Shown: positions 45,904 through 56,505 of the stretch, in pieces
Numbering within the stretch: the first letter of the stretch is position 1
How the letters are laid out: every line of letters starts with the position of its first letter
IMG/VR virus record: IMGVR_UViG_3300035208_003115
DNA from: a virus
Lineage: Duplodnaviria; Caudoviricetes
Direction: 5' to 3' (one strand)
DNA: 64,000 nt
Translations under genes and position numbers: made by a program
Notes under the pieces: model-generated
Database searches by the model: none
What the model saw: the letters and a program-made list of their open reading frames with translations, nothing else
Told to the model about the DNA's origin: nothing

Positions 45904-46397
45904 TATTTCTCTCCCTTAGTTAGATCCGCTTCTTCTGCAGCCTCGGCCATTTTTTCTTTTAGATCATCTGCCAACTTGACGGGGACCTCTCTGATTCCTT
46001 GAATCTTTTTCATAAGTTCCTCATTCATTGGAGCTAGCTCTACGACAATACAGTCTTCTTCTGTCATGGCAATATTCTGCCGGCTATCCATGATGGGAAC
46101 ATAGGCGGGACTTTTCATTTTCTTTCCATCTGCTCCCGTTACTTCCTTACCTGCTTCTGGGTTCTTGGTCATAACAAGAGACCTAATAGAACCGGTTAGG
46201 CCATGGGGCCCCGTTACAGACATCTTTACTTCTACGACTCCATTAAGACTCTCTCCCGTGTTGGCATCGAAGATTTGAACGTCCGGTCCCTTAACGCCTG
46301 TTTTTCCGGGGTTGGCCCAGATCCCTGTCATAATTGTATTCCCTTCAGGGGTCTTGTTTCCCGACTCAACGAGATAAGTAATTACGACTCTACGCAT
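45903..46397 (-). CDS. hypothetical protein
   Basis: ORF, coupled. Confidence 0.6.
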   Translation of the reverse strand: MRRVVITYLVESGNKTPEGNTIMTGIWANPGKTGVKGPDVQIFDANTGESLNGVVEVKMSVTGPHGLTGSIRSLVMTKNPEAGKEVTGADGKKMKSPAYVPIMDSRQNIAMTEEDCIVVELAPMNEELMKKIQGIREVPVKLADDLKEKMAEAAEEADLTKGEK

Positions 46398-46511
46398 TGT
46401 AGTTATCCTTTAATCAATTTTAAGACAGAAGAATATGGATAGGAAGTACTGAATGGTGATATCTCAGAGGTTAGCACGCAATTTCCTAGCACGTATTCTT
46501 ACAGCCTCAAT

Positions 46512-46590
46512 TGGTGGAGCGCCTGGGAATTGAACCCAGCTGGTATTCTCATTGCAAGTGAGACGACCACCCCATGCAGTCCCGCGCCCC
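46512..46590 (-). tRNA. tRNA-Ala(TGC)
   Basis: G3:U70, tctca-ctTGCaa-tgaga, CCA. Confidence 0.88.
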
Positions 46591-46591
46591 A

Positions 46592-46665
46592 TGGAGCCCA
46601 CTGACGGTACTGCCCCGTCATCTCCACTTTACGAAAGTGGTGCATCTCTTCAATGCTTAGCAGGC
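46592..46665 (-). tRNA. tRNA-Thr(CGT)
   Basis: ccact-ttCGTaa-agtgg, T loop GGCAGTA, CCA. Confidence 0.82.
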
Positions 46666-46794
46666 TTACGACAGTGCCAAGGGAATTACTTGCGAAACTT
46701 GTTCAGGAAGCTACGGGTCTTGGCCGTCCACGTGGCTCCCCATCTGGCCCAGCTTGCTGCGCCAGCAGCAAACGTTATTGCTAGGATGATGAGG

Positions 46795-47718
46795 TTAGTC
46801 AACATGAATGGTCTCCTTGATTACTTCTAGTACCTTCTCTGGGATTATAGCAATATTGCACGGGTTGTTCAACTGGCAATGTGTAAAGCATGGAACAGGT
46901 CTACATACTGCTTCCTTGGGCCTAACTGGCTCTACATACCTCACAGATGGCCCAATTGGCCCCACAAACGGCCCTTTCTGACCCGATTCTTGCGCACAGC
47001 CCATGGTGGCCCCCATGACTATAACAGAGGGCAAATTGACTGATTCAGCCAGATATGAGGGCCCGCTATCAACACCTACATAGAACTTGGCTCTCTCTAG
47101 AACCGCTGCTGTTTCTTGGTACACTGTTTTACCACAGAGGTCTATTGTCCCGGGTACACGCTTGTCAGATCCGATGCCTATCTGAACTACTTCTATACCC
47201 ATGGACTTCTTTATCATGGATACTAATTTTGTGAAGTGCTGAATGGGCCAGTCTTTACTTGCGACTCGAGAGGTGGTATGGATAACGGCATAAGTATTAT
47301 TAGGAATAATGGGGGATATATTTTTTCTGGCCTCGTCGCCTATATTAAAGCGGATATGTTTATCTTTAATGGGAGTGGTTAATAGACCCGTCCTAGATGC
47401 GTACCAGTCAATCATATGAGAGTTACGAGTCTCAGGAGTGTGATGCCACATTGTATCGTAGTGGTTGGCCCTGGCCATCCGGGCTATGTGGTCAGATTGT
47501 TTCCCGCGGAGATATTGATATACATCGGGGTAAGAACCGCCATCATATAGAACGATATCATTGATCTCGGGGTTCCCCGCCAGTAGACCTTTATAGACCT
47601 TATTTGTGTGAAATCGAATTTGAACATCGGGGTATTGTCTTTTTATTTCAGAGATAATAGGGGTTGTCATTAAGACGTCTCCCATCGTCTGAAATAATAC
47701 TAGATCGAATATTTTCAT
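46795..47718 (-). CDS. GT9 (heptosyltransferase-like) glycosyltransferase
   Basis: MGDVL.TTP, KDWP, DLCGKT, GVDSG. Confidence 0.88.
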   Translation of the reverse strand: MKIFDLVLFQTMGDVLMTTPIISEIKRQYPDVQIRFHTNKVYKGLLAGNPEINDIVLYDGGSYPDVYQYLRGKQSDHIARMARANHYDTMWHHTPETRNSHMIDWYASRTGLLTTPIKDKHIRFNIGDEARKNISPIIPNNTYAVIHTTSRVASKDWPIQHFTKLVSMIKKSMGIEVVQIGIGSDKRVPGTIDLCGKTVYQETAAVLERAKFYVGVDSGPSYLAESVNLPSVIVMGATMGCAQESGQKGPFVGPIGPSVRYVEPVRPKEAVCRPVPCFTHCQLNNPCNIAIIPEKVLEVIKETIHVD

Positions 47719-48851
47719 TTCCAGTCCTCTAATATATCCACTGTTCTAGTTGCGACCTTGGAGGCAATATTATGCCACTCGTATGGTTGCATATCAATGG
47801 CTGCTTTTTCTCCTAGCTTTTCCATCTCTTTGGGATGTTCGTAGGCCCAGCGCATTTGCCTTCGAAGGTCTCCAATGTCTGCATTCCACCACTCATGACC
47901 AGATTGAACGGGCTCTCTTAAAAGCCAGGGAACATCTGAAACGGGAATTTGCCGACACTTAACGAGAAGACCATTTGTTTCATTCATATAGGAACGATGA
48001 CCCGATGCATCTGTCATTATTGTCGGTACCCCACAGGCCATAGACTGCATAGTACCATAACTCCACCCCTCTCCTCGAGTAGGGAGAACATAGCAATTAG
48101 AAGCACGATGAAGAGATGCGATTTCATCATTTGTCATACTGTCTCCGAGGAATAGTAAATGAGCAGTTGACTTGTTGGCTGTTCTATATTTTATAATTAC
48201 GTCTTTAATCATTCTTTTGGATCTCTCGAAGTCCCCGCCGGAGTATGCCTTTAAGACAAGTGTAACGTTGTCCCTAGCTGAGAACTCTTGGAAATATGCG
48301 TTTAGGAGAAGATCTGGGCCTTTACTTGTTTTGTAGTCCATAATACTAAGGAATACAAACTCCTTCCTGCCTATAATTTTTGCAGGACTAATATTCGGGT
48401 TATATCTTTGTAGATTAACTCCTAGTGGAATTACCTGAATCTTTTTTTCGGGCAATCCTCCTTTGACGAAGGCTTGTTTTCCCCATTCTGTTGGAACCCA
48501 TATCTCATCTAATGGGACTTGTTTCTCTATCAACTGCCAGACATATGGGCACCGATCGGTCTCATATATGGTAGCGCAAATATTCGGAACACCCTGCTTT
48601 CGTTCTACGATTCTAGATGGTGGCATATGATTAATATAGATATGGTCATCCGGAAGAGTTGTTCGTTCCATTTCTTGGAGCTTAGTTAGTTGCATATTAG
48701 AGAATACATTTGAGATAGAAGACCAGTTATCCAGAGGGGTTAGTCTCGTCGGGACACCGATGTCATATAGTGCGAGCGACAACTCTCTAACGACTAGAGC
48801 TATTCCAGAGATGTCTTTATACGGTCCATAGATTTCTATTCCAAATGACAT
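47715..48851 (-). CDS. GT4 glycosyltransferase
   Basis: KG.D.LL.AY..EF, LPTRGEGW....QSMACG.P. Confidence 0.88.
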   Translation of the reverse strand: MSFGIEIYGPYKDISGIALVVRELSLALYDIGVPTRLTPLDNWSSISNVFSNMQLTKLQEMERTTLPDDHIYINHMPPSRIVERKQGVPNICATIYETDRCPYVWQLIEKQVPLDEIWVPTEWGKQAFVKGGLPEKKIQVIPLGVNLQRYNPNISPAKIIGRKEFVFLSIMDYKTSKGPDLLLNAYFQEFSARDNVTLVLKAYSGGDFERSKRMIKDVIIKYRTANKSTAHLLFLGDSMTNDEIASLHRASNCYVLPTRGEGWSYGTMQSMACGVPTIMTDASGHRSYMNETNGLLVKCRQIPVSDVPWLLREPVQSGHEWWNADIGDLRRQMRWAYEHPKEMEKLGEKAAIDMQPYEWHNIASKVATRTVDILEDWK

Positions 48852-49807
48852 TATCGATCTCCCAGATCGTGGTCTATCATCATTTGAATCAGTTTTTCAA
48901 ATGTGATAGTAGGTTTCCATCCTAGCAATTTTCTAGCATCTGAGGAGTCTCCACACAGAAGGTCTACTTCAGCCGGGCGAACAAAGCGATTATCCCGCCT
49001 TATGTATTCTCTCCAGTCTAAGCCCACATATCTAAATGCAATTTCAATTAGTTCTTGGACTGTATGGGTTTCACCCGTAGCGAATACCCATTCCCGTGGC
49101 TCATGGTGTTGCATCGCCATATACATACCTAGGGCATAGTCTTTTGAATAGCCCCAGTCTCTTTTGGCGTTAGTGTTTCCTAGGACCAGTTCTGTTTGTG
49201 CGCCATGCTTAATATTAGCGACGGCTTTAGTAATCTTTCGGGTAACAAAGTTCTCTCCTCGGCGAGGAGATTCATTATTAAAGCAGATGGCCGAGATACC
49301 GAAGAGATTATAGGATTCGCGATAGTTAATAGTAGTCCAGTGGCCGAATAACTTGGATATTCCGTAAGGACTCCTTGGATAGAATGGAGTCTTTTCGTTC
49401 TGGGGAGTTTCAGCTACTTTGCCAAACATCTCAGAAGTAGAAGCCGTAAGGAATTTTGACTTGAAGTCTGAGTTACGAATGGCCTCGAGTAGTCTAAGAA
49501 CTCCTAATCCTGAGATATCTGCAGTTGTAATAGGCTCATTGAAACTCACATGAACATGAGATTGAGCCCCTAGGTTATAGACCTCATGGGGCCTAATTGA
49601 TCTGAGAATTCTATCTAGGGAGGATTGATCCGTGAGATCTCCCTGGACAAGTTCTATGTTAGAAAGGATGGACTCTATTCTACTCGTATTGGGTGTAGAG
49701 GTGCGGCGCACGAGACCATATACTTTATATCCTTTTTCTAGTAGGACTTCAGCCAGGTATGAGCCTGTCTGACCGGTGATTCCGGTGATAAGAGCTTTCT
49801 GTTCCAT
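48851..49807 (-). CDS. gmd: GDP-mannose 4,6-dehydratase
   Basis: ALITGITGQ.GSYLAE, PRSPYG.SK, ESPRRGE.FVTRKI, RDWG, RPAEV. Confidence 0.96.
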   Translation of the reverse strand: MEQKALITGITGQTGSYLAEVLLEKGYKVYGLVRRTSTPNTSRIESILSNIELVQGDLTDQSSLDRILRSIRPHEVYNLGAQSHVHVSFNEPITTADISGLGVLRLLEAIRNSDFKSKFLTASTSEMFGKVAETPQNEKTPFYPRSPYGISKLFGHWTTINYRESYNLFGISAICFNNESPRRGENFVTRKITKAVANIKHGAQTELVLGNTNAKRDWGYSKDYALGMYMAMQHHEPREWVFATGETHTVQELIEIAFRYVGLDWREYIRRDNRFVRPAEVDLLCGDSSDARKLLGWKPTITFEKLIQMMIDHDLGDR

Positions 49808-51048
49808 TATACTTCCTCGGGTCTAATTCTTATGTTAGTTGTTTCAGTATCGATATTATCAAATAAGTTTTCCCACTTTTTAATAATTGGTGCCCAGTCG
49901 AACTTCTTGGCGAATTCTTGGGCATTACGTCCTAGCTCAGTCCGCATAGCTTTATTCATAGCTAGTTTATCCATTGTTTCTTTAAGATGTTTGACATCAA
50001 CGATAGCTCTTCGGATGTGAGAACCGGCTTCAACAAGAAATGACGCGACCTTAATTAGCCCCCCACCTTTTGATTGACCAATAAATTCTGGTCCAATAGT
50101 ATACGCCGGAACAATGTTTGGGATGCCCGCGGCCATTGACTCAATAATTGGTATACCGAATCCTTCACCCCAGGCAGTATTAACATGAACATCCATACAT
50201 CCGTAGATTAGACGAAGAACAGGAGGAGGGACTCCGCGGTTAGGATGGAGGTCGGGAGTCACATAAACCCTATCTGATATCCCGAATTCCAAACCCAGTC
50301 GGCTTAGTAACCACCCTTGATCTTGGTTGCAAGCATGAATTAGAAGTCTTGACTTAGGATGAGTCTTTATGTGCTCCGAGAACGCTTCATACAGGGCGGG
50401 GATATTTTTGCGAGGCTGGTTTCTTGCTACCATTCCGAATACTACTACATCATCAGATCCAAACATTTCTATTCTTTTTTGTGATCTAACTTCTTCCGGA
50501 AGGGGACTAGACCAAAGCCCAAAGTCAATTCCATGATATATCATTTCGATATCTCTATTGAGGGCCATTCCAGCAACTCGTTGACCGAATTGGCTAAAGG
50601 TTAATGGCGTGTCGATATATTGTAGGAAATTTTTCCACTTGTCGGGAACAGGCATTCCGTCGATAGGAACATAAGAAACCAAATGATGGTTTTTAAGATT
50701 GGGGTGCTCTAGAATCCAATCGACCATATAGATGTCCCCGAAGTAGACAACAATATCTGGCTTGAAGTCTTCGAGAATAGCATCTATAGTCTTTCCGCCA
50801 TTCTTATCTTTCATTGTCTTGTCTTCTTTAGAAAGACTAGTGTGATATAGCTTGAATGGGAAGTTTGAAGACCGAAGACCCTCATATGGATAGGTTGGTT
50901 CTTTGGCGGGAGGCTCGAACCACCCCTGGCATGCTATCTCATATTTTTTGGTAGCAGCCAGACGTAGTAAAATGTCGTGCGTAATTACTCCATAGCCAGT
51001 ATGAATGGATGGAGTTTGAGAACACCACAGAATTCTTTTTTTAGTCAT
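49807..51048 (-). CDS. GT4 glycosyltransferase
   Basis: ARNQPRKN, GEGFGIP.IESMA.G.P. Confidence 0.88.
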   Translation of the reverse strand: MTKKRILWCSQTPSIHTGYGVITHDILLRLAATKKYEIACQGWFEPPAKEPTYPYEGLRSSNFPFKLYHTSLSKEDKTMKDKNGGKTIDAILEDFKPDIVVYFGDIYMVDWILEHPNLKNHHLVSYVPIDGMPVPDKWKNFLQYIDTPLTFSQFGQRVAGMALNRDIEMIYHGIDFGLWSSPLPEEVRSQKRIEMFGSDDVVVFGMVARNQPRKNIPALYEAFSEHIKTHPKSRLLIHACNQDQGWLLSRLGLEFGISDRVYVTPDLHPNRGVPPPVLRLIYGCMDVHVNTAWGEGFGIPIIESMAAGIPNIVPAYTIGPEFIGQSKGGGLIKVASFLVEAGSHIRRAIVDVKHLKETMDKLAMNKAMRTELGRNAQEFAKKFDWAPIIKKWENLFDNIDTETTNIRIRPEEV

Positions 51049-51071
51049 TACGAATAGTCCTATTGCGAAGA

Positions 51072-51293
51072 TTACTGATTATTTAGGTGACGGATTAAAT
51101 TAATAAGAGAGGCCGTTGAACCCTTACCAAAGTCTTCTGGTTTTATTTCAACTGTCTCAGTTTCGCCTTCATCAGTTGGAGTTATCTGTCCGGTTATATT
51201 CCCGTCTTTTCCAATGACGAGGATATTTCCCGCTTCATCAGCGATGTACTTGACCTTATCAGTTTTTGGATCTCTAAAACGCATCTGTCCCAT
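51072..51293 (-). CDS. hypothetical protein
   Basis: ORF with GAGG RBS. Confidence 0.5.
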   Translation of the reverse strand: MGQMRFRDPKTDKVKYIADEAGNILVIGKDGNITGQITPTDEGETETVEIKPEDFGKGSTASLINLIRHLNNQ

Positions 51294-51318
51294 ACTGAAC
51301 CTCGTGCTTTTATTATAA

Positions 51319-52131
51319 CTAGTTTTTCTTTTCTATCCACTTACCCTTATTACACCTCGATTTATAGTCGCAGTTGTGGCACTTATATCCTATATCTGGG
51401 AAGTAGATGTCTTGTTCTATAGCCTTACATACCGAATTTACTATAGCTTCAAGCTGTATTTCTTGTTCATCATTCCTGTGGGTCGTATAGAACTGATTAT
51501 TAACATTCTCTAATACGAAGAAGCCTAACTCAGCCTTAGCTTCACCCTTCTTGAAGTTAGCCTTAGGATACATTCTCTCGAGAAAGTCTCCTATGAATTT
51601 CCGGTAGGCAACCATCTCGAGACTATTATAGCCATACATCTTAGACGCTTCGTAGCTAGACGGGCATAATTTGATCCCCATAAGCCTAGTCTGATCTGTC
51701 GTCGTATATGTGAGAAGATCAATCTTCCCCGTCAATGTGTGCTGTCCCAGTTGTATTGAATATGGATAGTCTATGCCAGTTAGAGATAGTGGGTTTTTGG
51801 AGAAGTACTTGTGAAGATGAAGCAGATTAAGCCATCCGTCATTACCTAGAGATTGTCGAGTTTTTCGACCGGATCCAGAAAAGTCTAAGGCGACATCTAG
51901 ATCGAGTTGGGGATACCAAATATTTTGCCAGGAGTCTTGAAGATATTTTATATCAGGGAGTGATCTCGATCCATACCACTCTTTGAAGAAGTTTATGGCA
52001 GTTACATAGAGGCAGGTCTTCCAGTGCTCTATAGCTTTAATCTGAAGAGTTGGAGCATCCAGCTTATATTTGAAGCGGTAGTAGAAGGGACAGCGAATAT
52101 AAGTAAGAAGTTCCGTAATACTTAGTTCCAT
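51319..52131 (-). CDS. PD-(D/E)XK nuclease-like protein (Cas4/AddB-like)
   Basis: S...L..Y..CP..Y; GKID; C..C.Y...C. Confidence 0.75.
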   Translation of the reverse strand: MELSITELLTYIRCPFYYRFKYKLDAPTLQIKAIEHWKTCLYVTAINFFKEWYGSRSLPDIKYLQDSWQNIWYPQLDLDVALDFSGSGRKTRQSLGNDGWLNLLHLHKYFSKNPLSLTGIDYPYSIQLGQHTLTGKIDLLTYTTTDQTRLMGIKLCPSSYEASKMYGYNSLEMVAYRKFIGDFLERMYPKANFKKGEAKAELGFFVLENVNNQFYTTHRNDEQEIQLEAIVNSVCKAIEQDIYFPDIGYKCHNCDYKSRCNKGKWIEKKN

Positions 52132-52490
52132 TATTTCTTTACTTTCTTTTCTAGCATTGCCTGTTTAAGGATGGCTTTGGTCGCTTCGGTTTCGACCTTG
52201 GTTGTGAGGATGCAATAAGCGAGATGTTGCGCGGAGGTTAGCCCATAGGAATTGGCGGCGTAAACTAGTTTAGCCCATAGCTCATCGTCGGTGATGTCAT
52301 TGTAGCCTGCAATATATTTCCCCAAAGCTTCTGTTGCGAAGACTTCAGTTATATGGATACGACCGGTGGTGATATCCATTACAACCATAAATTTATCACC
52401 GCGAGACTCTAATAGCCCAAGCGCTAAGCCTAGACTATTAGGTCCCACTAGTGCAGGTTCTTTATTAAGAAGCTTAAAGTGCTCTGCCAT
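52131..52490 (-). CDS. hypothetical protein
   Basis: ORF, coupled. Confidence 0.55.
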   Translation of the reverse strand: MAEHFKLLNKEPALVGPNSLGLALGLLESRGDKFMVVMDITTGRIHITEVFATEALGKYIAGYNDITDDELWAKLVYAANSYGLTSAQHLAYCILTTKVETEATKAILKQAMLEKKVKK

Positions 52491-52496
52491 TACGAA

Positions 52497-52742
52497 TTAT
52501 ACGTTCGTATCGGTCTTAGCCGGGACAACATTGATGGCCTGAAAGCCACCCTTGCCATCGCCCATTTCGAAGGTAACTTCTTGACCTTCTACTAGAGTGC
52601 GATATCCCGGCATGTTAATATTGCTGTGGTGGACAAAGATATCCCCGCTTTTCCCATCGGCCCTTGGAGCCTCAGGAAGGATGAATCCATATCCTTTTGC
52701 AGCGTTGAACCACTTGATTGTACCTTTTAATTGCTCGCTCAT
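52497..52742 (-). CDS. cold-shock domain protein
   Basis: G.IKWFN..KGYGFI, DIFVH.S.I...GYRTL.EGQ.V. Confidence 0.93.
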   Translation of the reverse strand: MSEQLKGTIKWFNAAKGYGFILPEAPRADGKSGDIFVHHSNINMPGYRTLVEGQEVTFEMGDGKGGFQAINVVPAKTDTNV

Positions 52743-52760
52743 TGCTTTATATTCCTCTTG

Positions 52761-55214
52761 TTATTTATTTTGCCCGAGCTTTCCCATTGTCCCCTGGCCC
52801 TTTGTGGGGTCAGGCTTCATAAGAGAGACCGCGTGGCTTGCAGGACATTCCTGAAACTTACCAATTGTAGGGCGGAAGTAGAAGTATAGACTATCAGCGA
52901 AGACAGCCTGTTTGTTCTTCCCAACTTTCACCGAAATAATCGGATCTCGTTCCTCAGTAGTTCCTTGCTGATTTATTGTAACAAGCTTACTTCTTTCTGG
53001 CCCAATGTCTTTTAATTCGTTATATACGTGCATAATTACGGACAGGTCGTATTCCATCTGGGCAGTTTCAGAAAGGTCACTATTTTCAGGCCTTTGTCCA
53101 ATTGGAAGCTTGGTATACTCCATGGTTGCGAGCATGGCTACCCAATACTTCTCAGATAGGTTCTTAATTAGACCCGACATCTTTTTAAAGCGGATACGCT
53201 CATCCCATTCAGCGAAGTCCTGTGCTTTATGAAAGTTATCGAAGACTGTGAGGAACTTACTCTTGGGATGTCTTTCTTTATAATACTTAATCATTGTCTC
53301 GGTATAGCCTAGGGTGGTTCCGTGAGTAGAATCCTTTACAACAAGCTTCCCGCTCAGGAGTAAATCTTTAATGCTCTTTTTCCCCATCTCCCACTTTTCT
53401 TGAAGAACTCTTGCCTCTTTAGGATTCTTCCCATTGATATATCTCATTGGGTTGGTAACGAAATTCATTGGTAGTTCTTGATCTATGGCTACCAGACGAG
53501 CTAGAACCGTATCTCTATTGTCGTCAGTAGAATGGAACAAGACAACCGTATTGTTATTTAGATTTTTCGCTACGTTCCAGGCGATTGAAGATACGAAAGA
53601 GGACTTGCCATGATTGGGTTTGCCTCCGATACCAACCGCCCTCCCTTCTTGAAAGCCATTGATTGCTTCGTCTAGGGCTTTCCATCCTACGGGGATACCA
53701 ACAATATGATCCATACGGTGTTTCCAGTTTTCGGTCATTGCATCGAAAGCTTCAACCGTTTCTACTGCTCCCACACTATCCATTGAATCTGCTGCCTGGA
53801 ATTGCTCAATCATATCCCGATACGAACCAAAGATTTCTTTGGCGGCCGCAGGATTCTTACGTAGTTCTTTAATGGCTTGGTTGGCAATAGAGCGGATGCG
53901 TTCGCTGTTCTTAAACTCTTCTAGGCGACCGATCCTATCTACTTCGCTTTGGATTGCAATAAGTCTTACACCCGTATTATCGGCGAGTTCTTTAATCATC
54001 TTCTCTCTGCGGATGATGTTGGGCTCGGTAATGATAAGAGGAATCATTTTCTCGGCTATCTCTTCAGAAGAGGTCGCAGAATCGAAGTGGGTAATTCTCC
54101 ACTGGAAGCAGGACATCTTTTGTAGACCTTCCCAGAGTTCTCTCGCGTTAGTCGGAAGTGCTACTTTTAGATAATCGTCAGGGTCTAGTCCTTCGGGCAA
54201 CTGAACTATATCAACTTGAAGTTGCTGATTAGCGATAACATTATCGAGGATTCTTTCTACGGCTAGCTGTCCTCCGTTATCATTATCCAAACAGAGGATA
54301 ACTTTGCTAATTCCGCTTCTTAGAATAAGCTGGACATGTTCGGCTGTTAGGGACGTTCCTCCAATCGCTACAACGTTGTGTATTCCCTTTTCGTGCATAG
54401 TGATAGCGTCGGCATATCCCTCGACGACTATAAGCCCCTTCTCTCTTGAGGGGGTCTTGGCTAAGTGAAAACCATAGAGGATTTCTCTCTTCCGATATAT
54501 GGGACAGTCTTGCGAGGTATTGATATACTTGCTCTGGTGGGTTGTTGGGTCTGTTTCATGCTTCATATCTCTGGCCGAAAACCCAACGGGAGTCCCGCGC
54601 TCATCACAGATGGTAAAGATGAATGTATTCTCGTTGAACATATCCGGGCGGTATAGGCCAGACTTTCTTAGGGTCTGGTCAGAGACTCCACGGTTCTTTA
54701 GGTCATTAATGAATTTATTAAAGCTTTCGACTATCCCTACCCCGAACTTCTCTCCGATAGATATATCCCAGTTTCTATTTTTGAACAGTTCATCATAGCG
54801 GGCTTCATTATGTTTGTTGCGGGAACAACGGATAAGGATGTATGCTTCCTGATAAGCCTGATAGATTTCGGCTAGAGCTTGTTGCTCTGGTGTCATTTCT
54901 AATTCAGGAGGCTGAATTCCAAACTGTTCACATAGTTTCTTAACTGTTACATTAAGGAAACCTGGGCCAGATTGAGGTAGACCCTCGAGCATATTTGCGG
55001 CGTGGAATATGTTCCCGGATAGACCGCATCCATGGCAGTGAAAGACTGGGTCATTCGGAACGATGTTACAGCTGGGGGTAGAGTCCTCATGCGCAGGATT
55101 TATACATTTGAATTTGCCATTTGGAGCTATCTCAACCTTCTGGGATTTTAGATATTCATAGAGCTTCTCTTGTAGTGTTTCTAGACAAATACCTAGCGAT
55201 GGGTTCTCTAACAT
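52761..55214 (-). CDS. DnaG-type primase / DnaB-type helicase fusion
   Basis: CHC2 Zn finger, KYINT, TOPRIM VEGYAD and DND, Walker A GKPNHGKS. Confidence 0.9.
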   Translation of the reverse strand: MLENPSLGICLETLQEKLYEYLKSQKVEIAPNGKFKCINPAHEDSTPSCNIVPNDPVFHCHGCGLSGNIFHAANMLEGLPQSGPGFLNVTVKKLCEQFGIQPPELEMTPEQQALAEIYQAYQEAYILIRCSRNKHNEARYDELFKNRNWDISIGEKFGVGIVESFNKFINDLKNRGVSDQTLRKSGLYRPDMFNENTFIFTICDERGTPVGFSARDMKHETDPTTHQSKYINTSQDCPIYRKREILYGFHLAKTPSREKGLIVVEGYADAITMHEKGIHNVVAIGGTSLTAEHVQLILRSGISKVILCLDNDNGGQLAVERILDNVIANQQLQVDIVQLPEGLDPDDYLKVALPTNARELWEGLQKMSCFQWRITHFDSATSSEEIAEKMIPLIITEPNIIRREKMIKELADNTGVRLIAIQSEVDRIGRLEEFKNSERIRSIANQAIKELRKNPAAAKEIFGSYRDMIEQFQAADSMDSVGAVETVEAFDAMTENWKHRMDHIVGIPVGWKALDEAINGFQEGRAVGIGGKPNHGKSSFVSSIAWNVAKNLNNNTVVLFHSTDDNRDTVLARLVAIDQELPMNFVTNPMRYINGKNPKEARVLQEKWEMGKKSIKDLLLSGKLVVKDSTHGTTLGYTETMIKYYKERHPKSKFLTVFDNFHKAQDFAEWDERIRFKKMSGLIKNLSEKYWVAMLATMEYTKLPIGQRPENSDLSETAQMEYDLSVIMHVYNELKDIGPERSKLVTINQQGTTEERDPIISVKVGKNKQAVFADSLYFYFRPTIGKFQECPASHAVSLMKPDPTKGQGTMGKLGQNK

Positions 55215-55255
55215 TTTGATTGACTCCTCTTGAGTAGTTCTCGACCTTCATTAGA

Positions 55256-55326
55256 ACTATATCCGTACTCAAGACACTTGTCAAAACATAATTAGTATTG
55301 ACAATTACGCATACAACCAGTAGTAT
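55256..55326. promoter_or_regulatory. divergent sigma70-like promoters
   Basis: minus: TTGACA(55284-55279)-17-TATAGT; plus: TTGACA(55298-55303)-17-TAGTAT. Confidence 0.6.
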
Positions 55327-55357
55327 AGTCTCGAGACTTCAGAACAAAGGGGTTGAC

Positions 55358-56314
55358 ATGGCCGTCAAAAGAATTGCACCGCAGGGTATCCTCGCAAAGA
55401 TCGATCAGCATATCACTAACCCGCCCAATTTCGATACTCGTCAGAGACACTTCTATCCTACTCAGGCTTCCTGTATAGACGATGATGGAAATGTTCATGG
55501 CTCTTGCCTCCGCAAAGTTGGCTTTGACATCTTTAGCATAGGAAAGTCTAATCCATTCAAGGCTGATACCTATTATACATTTGCTATGGGTCACCATGTC
55601 GAAGACATGCTTGTCAATTGGCTGAAAGAGATGGGTCTATTTGTTGCTCGGAATGTTAAATTCTTTAACTCTGATTTCTTTGTTTCAGGTGAATTAGATA
55701 TTATCGTCCGCGAATCCCCGGGTTCTAAGACTCTTATTGGGGTTGAATCTAAGTCATCTCATGGTCCATTCTTTAGAACAGAGGTTATTACCGGAAGAGC
55801 GGGACAACCTCCCAAGCCTAAAGATGAACACGTTATGCAGGTTATGCTATACTTGGATAACTTTAATCTTCCTTATTTCGTTCTCATCTATATCGGCCGT
55901 GATTCCTTCGATAGGACAGAGTATACTATCCGTTTAGTTGAAGATAAGAATGGGGATCAGTATCCAGAGATTTCTCGTCCGGACGGATCTTTTTATATTG
56001 ATAAAAGATTCGGTATGGCGAATATCTATAACCGCTATAAGGATATGATGCGCTACATGAAGACCGGAGTTCTTCCTCCCCGGGATTACACCCCTCTTAT
56101 GACTCAGGAAGAGATGGAAGCGGGTGTTGCTTCTGGGAAGATTACCAAGTCCAAGCTTAAGAAGTTCGAGGCTGGTGAGATTCTAACAGCGGATTGGCAG
56201 TGCAGATATTGCGATTTTAAAGACTTATGTCGCGGGATGGAAGCGGGAGAAGTGAAGAACTTTGTTGAGAGATTTAACAACAAGGAATTCAAGGTAAAGG
56301 AATATGATAAATAA
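55358..56314 (+). CDS. Cas4-like PD-(D/E)XK exonuclease
   Basis: C.RK; G...E; SGELD; ESKS; Q..LY; CRYCDFK.LC. Confidence 0.8.
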   Translation: MAVKRIAPQGILAKIDQHITNPPNFDTRQRHFYPTQASCIDDDGNVHGSCLRKVGFDIFSIGKSNPFKADTYYTFAMGHHVEDMLVNWLKEMGLFVARNVKFFNSDFFVSGELDIIVRESPGSKTLIGVESKSSHGPFFRTEVITGRAGQPPKPKDEHVMQVMLYLDNFNLPYFVLIYIGRDSFDRTEYTIRLVEDKNGDQYPEISRPDGSFYIDKRFGMANIYNRYKDMMRYMKTGVLPPRDYTPLMTQEEMEAGVASGKITKSKLKKFEAGEILTADWQCRYCDFKDLCRGMEAGEVKNFVERFNNKEFKVKEYDK

Positions 56315-56505
56315 TGGAATGTCCCAGATGTCGCTTCGAGATGACCGAAAAGGAATATAATTGGAGCAGAAGAGATGGTTTAAATAATTCCCTTGCCGGT
56401 ATTATTCATATCCCTGCCATATATTTCAGGTGTAAGAACTGCTTTCATGAGGTTCATCGTAATTCAAGCCATGTTATTTCAGAGGCGAGATTTAAATGGC
56501 ATTAG
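56314..56505 (+). CDS. small Zn-ribbon protein
   Basis: CPRC...CKNC. Confidence 0.5.
   Translation: MECPRCRFEMTEKEYNWSRRDGLNNSLAGIIHIPAIYFRCKNCFHEVHRNSSHVISEARFKWH

Noticed and set aside
51319-56314. CRISPR-Cas locus suggested by Cas4-like nucleases
   Set aside because: No array or other cas genes; stand-alone Cas4-like nucleases are common in phage replication modules.
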